Positions 1 to 13,205 are shown, counted from the first letter of the stretch. The stretch: DNA of 64,000 bases from Leucoraja erinacea (GCF_028641065.1 NC_073410.1:4340001-4404000), one strand, 5' to 3'. Numbers and translations: made by a program. Notes: generated from the sequence alone by a model not told the origin.

Positions 1-1269
1 TGACAAGGGAGGAATCCACTGCGAACACCAGGAACTCGAACAATAGGAGTCAATACAGTTAATGGGATTACTGTTGACAATTCTTCCCACTGTTTCTAAA
101 GGCCACAAAGAATAAACTAAATACTCTTATTTTCTTATAGCACTGATTTCATCAATCCATCATTTTGTGAAGAGCTTATTTGCAAGATAAAACGACGGCA
201 TCAACAAAATCCATCAATGCCTCTGACTGCATTGTGGTAGCTCTACGAAGTGAAACATCTGCAGTTTTCGAAGCTTCTCTCTGGGTCCGTTTCCACGATG
301 CATTTTGTGTCTGATGGCAGCACGGAGGTCAAACACCACATCTGGAAGCCTTCTCATCATCTCCTTCCATGGAAGCACTCAAGTGCAGGCTGTCAGTTAC
401 ACCTGTTCTGACAGGTTTAACCTGCCTGACCCAAAGATACCCTCGGGGACATTAATTATAGGAAAGAGCATGAGATGTTGGAGAAACAGTGCCAGGCTGG
501 ATGCTGCTCCAGTCCTTGTCACCTACTAATCATGGCGTGTGACACAGGGCTTTAGATGGTCAGGCTTCTCATTAATCATCTGGCCTTAAACTTAAACTGT
601 TTTCCTGAAAGATTAAAGCTTTAGACCATTTCTGTCCAATCCACCTGGCATTTGGAATCTTGTAAGTTCCCTGCACTATAATTTAGATCCCCAGAGACTA
701 GTAAAACCTATTCATTTACCATGGCCTTGGCTTAGAATAGTTTGCTGCACGCAAGGCACTTTGAAACTCTGCAAATAAAATTCTTCAAGGACTTCAAAGA
801 AAGTGACTGATGGAATTGTTTGGGTTTGGTAACTGGCTTTGAAAGCAAACTGTTCAGTTTTATTTTGCACAGCAATTATGGAAAACAAGTTTAATATTTG
901 CACTTAAAATCATGAAACGCAAATATTTCATCAGTAACAAAATCATCTGTCATCCTGTCAGGCAAACGGCAAAGCTTTCAGTCATCGAGTACAGACGAGT
1001 GCCCGCTAGAACTTGACCTACAACATGGGCCAAACAAGTTAAAACAGTGGCTTAAATCTTGCCAATGACTCGTTACCAGGTTACCAAACAAAAAGTTCTT
1101 GTTAACTGCGTCAGAACTGAGCCACAACAATGTCTGTCTCTGCACACAAAGAGCAGTGGAGGGCTACTTTTTACTGTTGGTTGTATTTATTTCTATTCAC
1201 AGATACTGTGTTGCTGGTCTGGACTGACAGTAGGTGGAAATGCTATCTTTCATTACAGAAAGTATAAAT

Positions 1270-1325
1270 AGTGTAATCTATCAACACTGTCAATCAAGAT
1301 GATTGATTATATGCTGTCATGAACG
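1270..1325. promoter_or_regulatory. Candidate PBX/HOX/MEIS enhancer motif cluster
   Basis: TGATAGAT (minus, 1276-1283), TGATTGACAG (minus, 1287-1296), TGATTGAT (1300-1307) and CTGTCA (1314-1319) within 45 nt of non-repeat sequence. Confidence 0.45.
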
Positions 1326-2523
1326 AGAGTGACATATTAGAAAAGTTTTGTTAACAATGCCTATTGCTAGTCCTCCTGCCACAGAAGCTGGTGATTAATG
1401 TGTTGTCAGGCTGTAATCCCACACCCCTGGCTAATGAGGCAGGAATTTATCATCTTTACAGAGTGGCAGATGTCAGAAGGAAAGGAATCCAAGTGCTGGA
1501 AACAATATACTTTTTCTTACCACGTCTGACAAGTCTGACAGGCCCAAACCACAAAGAACCTTTGTGTAAGCACATACTCAATGAGGGACTTTCAACTTCG
1601 TCATTTTTTTTTTTTGTAGTGTACCGCAAAGAAGCAACTATTGCTCAAACAACACATAATAAGGAAGTACTGTGAACTGTGAACTCCCTTCTCCCAAATT
1701 CGGAAAGGGAAAAAAAAAATTACACAAAGCCACTTAGAAGGAATCATATGACCTGGATCTGTCAAGTAAGCAAATATCTTCAAAGGGTTTTGGGGTGGAA
1801 CAGAAAGTGCCAAAAGCAGGGCCTGAGAGGCATTGCTTGCAGATAGCGCTGCTCCCTATCAACAAGGCCCACAGGCAAAATGTGCCACAAACATTAACAA
1901 AGTAATTTAATATGAACAGTGCTGGCATTCCAGAGTTAAAGGTTCCTGTTTATGAGCAGCTGGAACTTTCCTGATCATGAACACTGAAAGATGAAGTTAC
2001 AGTGTGGGCTGAAGCAGGCAAGTGAGTAATGAAGTGTGAAGTGCTTGCACTACAGTCCCCATTGCCAACAGTCACATGATATTTCACAGCGACTGGACCC
2101 CCATGTCAAAAATAAACCTTCCACAACCGCAACGTTGTACAAACTTCCAGCAGAGCTGGCACACAGTGCAGGAAGAATATCTACTTTAGTTTGCAACTGC
2201 TTGAAAAGATCAGCCTGTTGAGAGCAATATGTAAAAAATTCCGAGAATTTTACTATCTTTTCTTACGATCATTTTACTGCTCTTCGGAAACAAAGGCAAA
2301 GGATAACAAATAATTTTTCTGGAAGAGCAACATAGTTTGGACTCTTATCTGTAAGTCTCAAACTAAAACTTCCCACTGTGTTAACCATCTTGTACATGAC
2401 CCAGTTTGAGAGAGTCATGAAGTTATACAGCATGAAAACCGGCCCTTTGGCCTAACTCAACCATGCTGATCAAGTTGCCTAACTGAGCTACTCGCACTTG
2501 CCTGCGCTGAGCCATATACTTCT

Positions 2524-3340
2524 TCATTGATGGAGGGTGTGGTCTCTGCCGAAGGTGGAATGGGGTGGGGATGAGGAGATATGACTGGTGGTGGGATCAC
2601 GTTGAAGATGGCAGAGAACGATTGTTGGAGACGGAGTTTGGTGGAAGGGCAAAGGTGAAGACCAGGTGAACTCTATCCTTGCTCCATCTGGGGGGAGGGA
2701 GTGCAACAGCAGATCTACTGGATACAGAGGAGAGGGATTTATCCATGACAGCAAGAGGGGGAAACCATGTTTACTAAAGAAAGAAGACATCTCTTTCATA
2801 TTTCAGGACTTTCATATGAAGAAAGACTGGATAGACTCGGCTTGTACTCGCTAGAATTTAGAAGATTGAGGGGGGATCTTATAGAAACTTACAAAATTCT
2901 TAAGAGGTTGGACAGGCTAGATGCAGGAAGATTATTTCCGATGTTGGGGAAGTCCAGAACAAGGGGTCACAGTTTAAGGATAAGAGGGAAGTCTTTTCGG
3001 ACCGAGATGAGAATATCATTTTTTACACAGAGAGTGGTGAATCTGTGGAATTCTCTGCCACAAAAGGTAGTTGAGGCCAGTTCATTGTCTATATTTAAGA
3101 GGGAGTTAGATGTGGCCCTTGTGGCTAAAGGGATCAGGGGGTATGGAGAGAAAGCAGGTACAGGATACTGAGTTGGGTGATCAGCCATGATCATATTGAA
3201 TGGCGGTGCAGGCTCGAAGGGCCAAATGGCCTACTCCTGCACGTATTTTCTATGTTTCTATCTCGGATGTCCTAGATAGAAAGGCCTCATCTTGAGAACT
3301 GAGGTGGCAGTGATGGAGAAATAGAGAATAGGGGATAGAG
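2524..3340 (-). mobile_element. Penelope-like retroelement ORF remnant (RT C-terminus/linker), split by a CR1 insertion
   Basis: Minus strand reads IPYSLFL..SSQDEAFLSRTSE (3340-3262), continuing as MSSFFSKHGFP...HLQRDPTTSHI...FGRDHTL (2793-2524). Resembles the Penelope post-RT region; frameshifted. Confidence 0.75.
2794..3259 (+). mobile_element. CR1 (HER1-like) LINE 3' fragment
   Basis: ORF2 C-terminus LSYEERLDRLGLYSLEFRRLRGDLIETYK...VVNLWNSLP...GYGEKAG, 3' UTR hairpin, ctatgttt tail; ATCTC duplicated on both flanks. Confidence 0.93.
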
Positions 3341-4530
3341 TCACCTTGCTGTGTTCTTCAGAGATGCTGCCTGACCTGCTGAGTTATACCAGCACTTTGT
3401 GGCTTTTTGTAAACCACCATCTGCAGTTCATTGTTTCTCAATGTGGATGGCCATCTATCCCTCTCAACAACAACCCATTCAACGGTGAGATTCTGACATA
3501 AAGTCAAGCTGCTGGAAGACCCAACAGCAATTTGGCCAGCTTTATGTTCACCCATAGAAATATGAAACCTGATCAGAACTGCGCTGTTTTAAAATATAAT
3601 GGCTGACGTATTAAAAGGTCTTGCAGTAAATCATCGGATCTACAGGAATTATTAATTCCTTTGCAAGGCTCAGATTCGCAAAAATCTAAAAAAAATCTGG
3701 GTTACTGGGTAAAAATTCAGAAATGCTTGTGCTCACAGAAATAATATTCAGTTACTTTAACAAGATTGCAACATATGCAAGTCAAATTTGTGGAGAAAGT
3801 AGTACAAATGCTGCTCAATATAGCACTGAATTATTAAATGCATTGGACCAACAAAGGCCAAGTTAATAAATCATTGCCATATTGTAGAATATAAACAGTG
3901 CAGTTGTTTTACATACCACCCAGTATATATAATAAATGATCACATTCACAACCACCTTTGGCAAAAAAAATGAGGCTGATGGAGAGACAGGTTTATAACG
4001 CGTATGGCAGCAGCTTTAGTCAAATACTGGATAGCAAGCTGATTCCCAAAATGGAGTCGAGCTTGTCCGTACACGATGCAGAGCATGATTTCATGGCACA
4101 AAATAACATGAGGACATATTGTGGAATTTTAGTGTAAGTCCATTCCCTGATCCAAGAAGCTGAGCTGATAGAAACTAAACAGACTTGGAGGAAATAAAAC
4201 TAGATCTCTCTGCACTTCAATTATCGGTAACTTTAATCATTTGGATGACAGTCCGCCTACAGATTCCTCTTTCTGGGGTGCATGACCTTACACTATCCCA
4301 AATTAAACTCCATTTGTCAAGTTATCATGACATCCTTGTTCAGTAAGAGACCTTCACACGCTGGGGTCATGGAGTTGAAACAGTCCACTTTAGTCCAAAC
4401 AGCCTGCAACTCTCAGGAGGTCAGCTGTGCCCAACATATATGCTCCTCACATCTTACCTCTGGAAGAAGCACCTGCATGGACACATCAGCCAATTTGGGG
4501 CTTCTTCCAACTGTTTCCAGGCAAACTACT

Positions 4531-4816
4531 GGCAGCATGGTGCCGCAGCGGTAGAGTTGCTGCCTTACAGCGCCAGAGACCTGGGTTCGATCCCAACTAC
4601 GGGTGCTGCCTGTACGGAGTTTGTGCGTTCTCACCGTGACCTTGTTGGTTTTCTCCAAGATCTCCGTTTTCCTCCCACATTCCAAAGACATACAGGTTTG
4701 TAGGTAAATTGGCTTGGTGTAAGTATAGATTGTCCCTAGTGTGTAGGGGAGTGTAGGTGTGCAGGGGCCGCTGGTCGGTTCAGTCTTGGTGTTTCCGCAC
4801 TGTATCTCTAAACTAT
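4531..4816 (+). mobile_element. tRNA-derived V-SINE (HE1-like)
   Basis: A-box-like head, B box gggttcgatccc, V-domain (tgtacggagtttg..ttctc..tttcctcccacattccaaagac), ctaaa tail. Confidence 0.88.
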
Positions 4817-5124
4817 TAGTTCTGCTCTAATTAGTTGCCCCTTTTCAGATATTTCTATAGATTTGTACTTCCTTCCATAACTGAAGTACAAACTAACAAA
4901 GTGTGGTTCTGGATTAACATTGGCATCAGAAAGAATATTAGAGTCAGAGTTCACACAGTCATATAGCACTGAAACAGGCCCTTTGGCCCAACTAATCCTT
5001 GCTGACCAAGAAGCCACATCTAAGCTACTCCCATTTGCCCATGTTTGGCCCACATCTCTCTAAACCATTCCAATAATTAAAAGACATTTGGAGCAGTACA
5101 TGGAAAGGGAAGGTGCACAATTAA

Positions 5125-5470
5125 CATAGAAACAGAAACATAGAAAATAGGTGCAGGAGGAGGCCATTTGACCTTTCGAGCCAGCACCACCATTCATTGT
5201 GATCATGGCTGATCATCCATAATCAGTACCCCATGCCTGCCTTCTCCCCATATTCCTCGATTCCGCTAGCACCTAGACCTCCATCTAACTCTCTTTTAAA
5301 TTCATCCAGTGAATTGGCCTCTACTGCCTTCTGTGGCAGAGAATTCCACAAATTCACAAATCTTTGGGTGAAAACGTTTTTTCTCATCGCAGTTTTAAAT
5401 GGCCTCCCCTTTATTCTTAGACTGTGCCCCCCTGGTTTTGGACTCTCCCAACATTGGGAACATTTTTCCT
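5125..5470 (-). mobile_element. CR1 LINE 3' fragment
   Basis: GHSLRIKGRPFKTAMRKNVFTQRFVNLWNSLPQKAVEA on minus strand, plus CR1 3' UTR and tail. Confidence 0.9.
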
Positions 5471-5471
5471 G

Positions 5472-5762
5472 TAATTTAGATTTAGATTTAGGGGTGCAGA
5501 GTGGATAAGGGCCATTTGGCCCATCGAGTCCATGCTGGCCACAGATCCTCCACATATTGGTCTATCCTGCTCACAGGGAACAATGTACAGAAGTCAATTA
5601 ACCTACAAATCTGCACATCTTTGCAATCTGGGGGGAAACCAAAGCACCCCGAGAAAGCCTACGCCGTCACAGGGAGAACATACAAACTCCATACAGACAG
5701 CACCCACAGTCTGGATCAAACCCAGGTCTCTGGAGCTGTACGGCATAACAGCCATGCCTCCG
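5472..5762 (-). mobile_element. V-SINE (HE1-like), diverged
   Basis: Reverse complement of V-domain and tRNA-like head; (tctaaa)n tail. Confidence 0.8.
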
Positions 5763-6829
5763 GTTAGAGGATCAGGTTGGGCTGAAGGCTGCATTTCCAT
5801 GCTGTATGACTTTGACTCTATTTCTACCAGTCTACTTGCTTCAACCAATTCCAACAAAACAAAGAGGACAAACCATATATTTATTAAACATTAGAGGCAC
5901 TGAACTGCTGCCACATTTACCTAAATAACAGCAGTCACCACACTACAAGAGTCATTCACTGTGTGTAGTGCTTAGACAATTCAATAAGATGAGGCAATAA
6001 ATATCTACAATTGTTATATTTGGCAAGTGTAAATTTTGTGTTTACACGTGTTTGGCAAACAAATCAAATTTACAGCAAATATATATTTATATACATTTAA
6101 CCAGAATCAAACTGCTAGGTGTTATCTTACCCCTGGTTTGTCATTTTATTACTAAATTGCTTCATGAAAACGCTGAACATTCCAGCGGATAGTAGTAAGT
6201 GAATCCAGACTTTTGAACAAGCACAAGGCAATGCAGAACAATGTAAGTGATGTGCACTATAATATTACACAGACCTGTCATCTCACTCATTTTGGTGTAA
6301 AAATATAATCTATGTGGATGTATCCCATACGAAAACACAAATACCCAATGATTTGTTCAAATAGATTGTGATTTGTCACGCTCCTTTTGGATATTAATCT
6401 GAATCTGACTAAGGGGAAACTCTTTCACATTTTGGATTAACATCAGTTATGCATCAAGAAGGAGAAATAGTGCAAGTAGTCAAGACACATATCAATTGCA
6501 ACCTATTGGGACAGATGCATCTCCAGATTTTATTCATACGACTCAAGGCAGCACATTACGTTAGTTACCATTCTTGTTATTTTGTATAAAAATTCTGAAT
6601 GAAATGTCTCTGAAGTACAAAAAAATAATTTTGAACCACAGATAATAATCATAAGCTCGTTAGTACGTATGATAAGAATGGAACTCAATGTCCAGACAAC
6701 TTATTGTTTCTGGACAATCTCCTGCATAAGATTGAGTTGTCCATCCTGCTATTGGTCATGAACAACAAAAGTCTCAAAATCCCAATCAGATACAATTAAA
6801 AAATAAATTAGCCTGGAGTTTGATTCTGT

Positions 6830-7195
6830 GAATGCAGAACAGCAAAGCACAGGAATAGGCCCATCGTTCCACAACATCCATGCCGAACATGATGCAAGAT
6901 AAACTAATCTCATCGGCCTGCACATAATGCATACTTCTATTCCCTGCATATACATGTAGCTGTCAAAAAGCCTCTTAAATGCTACAATCGTATCTGCTTT
7001 TACCACCACCTCTGACCGAGTTCCAGCAACTCATCATTTTCTGTGCAAAAAACTTGCTCTGCACATCTCCTTTAAATGTTGCCACTCCCACCTTAGAGCT
7101 ATGCCCTCTAGTCTTTTGACATTTCCACCCTGGGAGAAAAGCTGTGACTGTCTACCATATATATGCCTCTCATAACTTTCTATATTTTTATCAGG
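6830..7195 (-). mobile_element. Older CR1 LINE 3' fragment
   Basis: VVKADTIVAFKRLFDSYM-like CR1 C-terminus and 3' UTR. Confidence 0.8.
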
Positions 7196-7214
7196 GCTCC
7201 AGCAATTTGTCATG

Positions 7215-8075
7215 AACCCGCCACAACAAAGAAACGGCCAAGAAAGCACACCAATGCCTCGAGTTCTTAGAAAGCTTAGGAAGTTCAGCATGTCCCCAAC
7301 AAACCTCACCAACCTCTACAGATGTGTCACAGAAAGCATCTTATCAGATGCATCACAACCAGGTTGGGAATAAGTCCATCCAAGACCGCAAGCATTTGCA
7401 GACAGTTGTGGACGTAGCCCAGACCATCACACACACCAGCCTCCCTTCCACTGACTTCATCTACACTTCACTCTACCTTGGCAAGGCCACTAACATAATC
7501 AAGGACCAGTCTCACCCTGGTCACTCCCTCTTCTCCCCTCTCCCATCGGGTGGAGGTACAGATGTTTGAAAATGCATACCTCCAGATTCAGGAAGAATTC
7601 ATTCCCGACTGTTATCAGGCAACTGAATGGTCCTCTTATTAGCCAGAATGTGGGCCTCAACTCCCACCTACCTCATTAGAGACATTTGAACTATCTTTAT
7701 TCAGACTTTATCGGACTACAATGTTATATCTTTGCACTAAATGTTGTATCCTTTGTCTGTACATTGTGGACAGTTTGATTTAATTCATGTGTAGTTTAGT
7801 TTATTGATACGTGTGTGGAGTTACAGTGAAAAGCTTTATGTTGTGTGCCTTCCAGTCAGCGTAGAGACATTGCATTGAGCCGTCCACAGTGTACATGTAC
7901 AAGATAAAAGGAATCATATTTTGTGCAAGATAAAGTCCAGTAAACTCCGATTAAAGATAGCCTGGGTATCTCCAATGAGGTAATGGTATAGCCTTTTCTT
8001 TGACTGGATAGCACAGAAACAAAAACTTCTCACTGTACCTCGCGACACGTTGCAAAAATAATGAACTGAACTAAA
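7215..8075 (+). mobile_element. Rex1/Babar-type LINE 3' fragment with a partly inverted 3' UTR
   Basis: QDRKHLQTVVDVAQTIT...IIKDQSHPGHSLFSPLPSG motif. Segment ~7795-7985 is the reverse complement of the same family's UTR. Confidence 0.8.
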
Positions 8076-8311
8076 TCTATGGCTCTCCAGAGAAAATAAT
8101 CCAAATCTGTCCAACCTCTTGTAGCCAATACCCCCTCACCCAGTCAATATTCTATCCTTGTCATCCAACCCCAACAAACTACAGGGTTATTTCAAGTTTA
8201 ATATATAAATCAAAAGGGGAATTATCCTAACGAACACTTATAGTGCAATATATGCAATATATACAATATAATGACTGCACCCCACCCCCCCCCCCCCCCC
8301 CCCCCCCAATA

Positions 8312-8600
8312 CAGGAGCTTGCACGCCCCGATGAGGAGGCCCGCCACCGACTACGGGAGTAAGGTCATCCCGTCAACGGAAGGTTAGAGGCCGCTGACTG
8401 CTGGAGGACAAAGAAGGGAGAGATTTAACTTTTTTTCGCCTTCCATCACAGTGAGGAATGTGGAGGAGTCCCTGTGGTGGATGTTTATGTTAAAATGTGT
8501 TTTGTGTGTTCTGTTGCTTTTTATTAGTATGACTGTTTGGCAAATCAAATTCCTCGTATGTTACAAAAAAAAGTTGGCTAATATAGTATGATTATGATGA
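8312..8600 (+). mobile_element. Non-autonomous retroelement/SINE-like 3' portion (related to 33262-33475 and 39030-39745)
   Basis: Shared ccatcacag...ctgtg(a/g)tggatgtt hairpin, 3' stem-loop and (atgatt)n tail. Confidence 0.6.
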
Positions 8601-9209
8601 ATGCAAATTAGACCAAACTGGGCCACTAAAAATGAGAGTTTTACATCAATGTCAACACTGACATTGTCAGAGCAGATAACACATACTTACGTCCACAGTT
8701 CTTCCCAACTACTTATCCAACCCCTCTCCTAGGAAAATTAAGAAAGGGACATCAGGAGCATGCGTTCTGTCTGAATTTCCCTTTTCTGGACTAGTACTAT
8801 TTCGAATCAAATGAAATCGACTGTGTTAAACCCATGTTGGAGTTCAAAACTCTAATTTCTCCCACCAATGCATAAACCACTTTGGAATAAAGTATTGGAA
8901 CATTTGAAAAAGGCTTTTATTAATGATTCCTTCATTTTTGCATGCGATGAAGAAAAGAAAGAACTTATGTGGCACTTTTGTTGCCAGTTGCTACACAGCC
9001 AAGGGAGAATATTCGAAGTGTGGTCATTTTTGCAACATTTTGCAATGTTGCCATTTTCTTTCTGCATTAAAATAAAAATGGATATGTAGCATTTAATTTT
9101 GCAGTGGAAATAAATACACTCACAGCAGGTCATGCTTTCATTTATTCCCTGTAGGAAATCTAGCTTTTGCTGCCTGAGATTCTGGACGGCAGAATTTGAT
9201 GAACCAATT

Positions 9210-9560
9210 TACAGCAGAACAGAAACAAGCCCTTTGACCCAACCATCAATGACAACCAAAATGCTCCATCTAAGTTAGTTGCATTTGCCCGTGTTTGGTT
9301 CACGTTTCTCTAAACTTTTCCTATCCATGTACCTGTCTAAATGTCTTTTAAATGTTGTTATATTACTTGCATCAATGACTTCCTCTGGCTGCTCGTTCCA
9401 TACACCAGTTATCCTCTGATTTGCCCCCAATTACATCATCCCCTCACTCCTTATACCCCTGTCCTCTGGTTCTTGATTCCCCTACCCTGGGGAAATACTG
9501 TAACTCTCTACATCCACCCTATTCCCTCAAGATTTTATACACCTTGATAAGATCATCTCT
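9210..9560 (-). mobile_element. Older CR1 LINE 3' fragment
   Basis: Similar to other CR1 3' ends in the window (tgtctaaatgtcttttaaatg, cctctggttcttgattcc). Confidence 0.75.
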
Positions 9561-9595
9561 CTACTACTGCAGAAATTATGAATTCACGAATTGTG

Positions 9596-9780
9596 CAAAA
9601 CACAGTGCTGCAGAAACTTAGCTGGACAGTCGGCATCTGGAGAGGGAATGGGCAGGTGAGATTTTGGGTTGCAAACCTCCTTCAGAATGGCGAATGTTTG
9701 AAGAAGGATTCCAACCTGAAACATCGCCTGTTCATTTCCCCCCACAGATGCTGCCTGACCTGCTGAGTTCCTCTGGCAGT
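9596..9780. mobile_element. Penelope-derived fold-back element with degenerate hammerhead cores
   Basis: Two inverted arms (gcatctgg.../...cagatgctgc) with decayed tgaagaagg..tgaaac motifs at the centre. Confidence 0.65.
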
Positions 9781-10319
9781 TTAACAAGCACAAAATAAGC
9801 ATTAAAATGTATGATTTCCAAGTCTGTACAATGCTGACAATGTGTCAACTTCTGGCACAGGGAAAATAGACACTATTTCGGAATACCTCAAAGGTTTTCC
9901 AAGTAACAGCTGCTTAGCTTGTGTGCATTGCTGATCTACAGAGTATACTGCTCTCAATGATTGATACAATTATTATCTGCAACATTGCCCTATATTGAAA
10001 TAAAACCTAAAGATGGTTGGTGTCAAGCTTGTGCTTTGCATCTTATACTTCGATGGATATCCAGACTTATTGTAGTAAATTAAACATTGCTTTTAAGCAA
10101 AGCTAGACTTTGGATTTTAGCTATGCATAAAAATAAGATGGTATTTCAGGAAGGAGCGTGCATGAGTAAAGTTTTGCTTCATAGTTAGTGTATGAGTCCA
10201 GAATAGAGGCAGCTTCTACCATCTTTGTTCTTATTGAACCGATTGCTTCCCAATGTTTGTATTTTATTTCTCTATGGCAATTTTTATTTTCACAAATCGC
10301 ACAACATATTAAGTTAATA

Positions 10320-10540
10320 AATTCATAAGTGATAGGAGCAGAATTAAGCCATTCGGCCCATCAAGTCTACTCCCCATTTCAATCATGGCTGATCTAACTT
10401 TCCCTCTCAATCCCATTCTCCTGCCTTCTCCCCATAATCCCTGACAACCGTACTAATCAAGAACCTATCAATCTCCATCTTAAATATACCCATTGACTTG
10501 GCCTCCATAGCTGTCTACGTTAATGAATTCCATATTCCAA
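10320..10540 (-). mobile_element. CR1 LINE 3' fragment
   Basis: aatcatggctgatct..cccattctcctgccttctccccataa is the reverse complement of a CR1 3' end. Confidence 0.8.
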
Positions 10541-11154
10541 CAGGCAAGATCTCCCTTTCACAAAACCATACTGACCTCAGTCTATTTTATCATATTTAAT
10601 CAATAAGAATTTTTGTTGCATCCCATATAGGTGTTTAAACATCTAAAAATCTTACATTCATCCAATGAGACATGTAGCCACCAAACTTTGAGACAACTGG
10701 ATACAGTTTAAAATAGTTTTCTTACATTCTTTGAAAGCAAAATTATCTGCGTAATGTCCCAAACCTTGTACTTGCATTTTTCAGCCGATATTCAACATCA
10801 TATCCAAGTATAACATATACAGCCTGGGGCTGGATATTAAAATGCATGTGTGATCATTTTTTTGCCCATAATTATTATTTTTCCAATCATTACCAATGAT
10901 TACTTTGGCTGCAACCTGATCTGAAAAAAATCTTCAATTCCTTCTAATGAGACTTTTTTTTTTCTCTTGATGTTATTCCGAATTTGATTTATGATAATGC
11001 ACAATATATATAAATGTACCCAGAATACTTGTATAAAAATATTATTTTGAAAAAACTTAGAAAAATAATAGAATTTTGAGTCTAAGTTTGTTTTGGAAGA
11101 TTTGGTAACCAGATGATGTTCTGTGTCAGAAGGACATTCTTTACGTGAGAATAA

Positions 11155-11615
11155 TGGCCCACATCCCTCTAAATCTTTCCCATCCATGGACTTGTCCAAA
11201 TGGCTTTCAAATGTTGTTGTATCTGCCTCAATGACTTCCTCTGGCTGCTCGTTCAATATAGCCACCAACCTCTGAGTGAAAAAGTTGCCTCTCAGGTTCC
11301 TATGAAATCATCCACTCACACTTAAATCCATGTCAGCCACAGAATTGTAAATCTGTGAAATTCTCTGCCACAGAAGGCTGTGGAGGCCAATTCACTGGAT
11401 GTTTTCAAGAGAGAGTTAGATATAGCTCTTAGGGCTAGTGCAATCAAGGGATATGGGGAGAAAGCAGGAACGGGGCACTGATTTTGGATGATCAGCCATG
11501 ATCATATTGAATGGTGGTGCTGGCCAGAAGGGCTGAATGGCCTACTCCTGCATCTATTTTCTATGTTTCTATGTCCTCTGGTTCTTGATTCTCCTACCCT
11601 GGGTAAAATACTTTG
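11155..11615. mobile_element. Nested CR1s: young plus-strand CR1 (11335-11570) inside an older minus-strand CR1
   Basis: Older CR1 sequence resumes after the insert; ATGTC present at 11330-11334 and 11571-11575. Confidence 0.82.
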
Positions 11616-12949
11616 ATAATATCACCCCTCAACTGGTGATTTACTGTGGAATAATCTTTGTAAATAAAAAACTAGTGGACATTAAAAAACAAAAAATATA
11701 AATAGATTTATGCATTTACCTCTTAGTCATGAAGAAAGTCATTTTAATCTACAAATATCACTCACATAATCAGCTGAGAAGAGGTTCTTAAAAATAAGTA
11801 TTTCAAACTACTTTGTAAAATTCCTTGAAGTTATTACAGTGACAAGCAGACTGCAATTGCTCAAACATAATTTCATCAACAAATTAAATTGAAGTCCATG
11901 ATGCATGTTTCACCACACTATGTACCAAGCAACATTACAAGGTCATCTAGGAGACTCAATAATCAAGCGTTACATCTGCGGTGAACCAAACTTGTCACCT
12001 CTCTGGGTCTTGTGGAAGGGTAAATGCTGGTGACAGGTTTTCAAACTAGATCAATGAGCTCAGTCTAATGTACCCCTGGTGAATAACCTGCCATCACTTG
12101 CTCAGACACAACTAATGGCCACTTGAGTGAGACACAAGAAGGTTATAGATATGGAGGGGAAAGTTGAAAATCAATGTAATCGGGAGAGAAGAGAATTAAC
12201 ACACTAAAGATATCTGAAAGGTTGTCCACCAACACTGGTTTTCATGTGCCATTAATTAAAGAAAGCTGGCTTCATTGGACTAGCACCTCAGTTAGTTTGT
12301 TCATCATGAAATGACCTTATTACAAATGCTTCCAAGAATGTAATGAATAATTTGTTTGCATCACACACTATTTCAGGCACAAATCTGCCTATGTGGATTT
12401 GATGCCATAAAATTAATTTGATGTCATCAATCTGAACGCACAGGAACTTGAATGCAAAACACCGGAAAGACTTTGAGAGACAAGCTGTTCGATTTTGACA
12501 GTGACTTCTCCCAGAATCTGCCCATGTAAAAAACACACATTGTGGTGTCTAAATACAGAGATGTGATGTAGAATTACAAAAGATTTAAAAAACTGAGCCT
12601 TTGCTCGCAAAATATAAAATATCTCATACAAAAATTCTTAAGGAACATGATAGATGCAGAGTCAATGTTTCCCCCAGCTGGGATGCCTAGATTCCACAAA
12701 TCATCTCAATGCTTTGCGTACTGACAAAAAGATGCCTGTACACCCGATTAATAAACATACTTGATGCATGGACGGAAAACTATATGATGATTAACTTTTT
12801 AATGGTGTAAGGTGTATGGTGTACTGGCATGGACCATCACAGGAATAAAGGCACTGGATTTTCTATACTCTGGACTTTATCCACCCATTTTGCTTAATTT
12901 CTCCTTATACAAAAATCAGCTTATCTCAGGGGCCAACATAGCGAACCTT

Positions 12950-13205
12950 CACGGCTCTCCCGCTATTGCAAGTTTATTCTTACTAAACAGGGACAGTAGA
13001 CCTGTACACAACATTCAATCTGCAGTCTCTAAGGTCCTAGATAATTTGAGCAATGGATCTCCACTCTCGCCCTGAAATCTTTTATTAACGGCTACCATAC
13101 CGTTTGCCATCCTAATTGCTCGTTGCACTGCATGTAAATTTTCAGTGATTCATGTGTACAAGGACACCTAGGTCCCACGGAACACCAATTCTCACCACTT
13201 ATAAA
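12950..13205 (-). mobile_element. Decayed CR1 ORF2 internal fragment
   Basis: Resembles CR1 ORF2 (gacctgtacacaacattc..., tcatgtgtacaaggacacctaggtcc), as at 55680-55870. Confidence 0.55.

Noticed and set aside
2767-3171. Recurrent 110-140-aa ORFs (also 30253-30678, 50742-51086) as a gene family
   Set aside because: All are CR1 ORF2 C-terminal fragments from 5'-truncated insertions.
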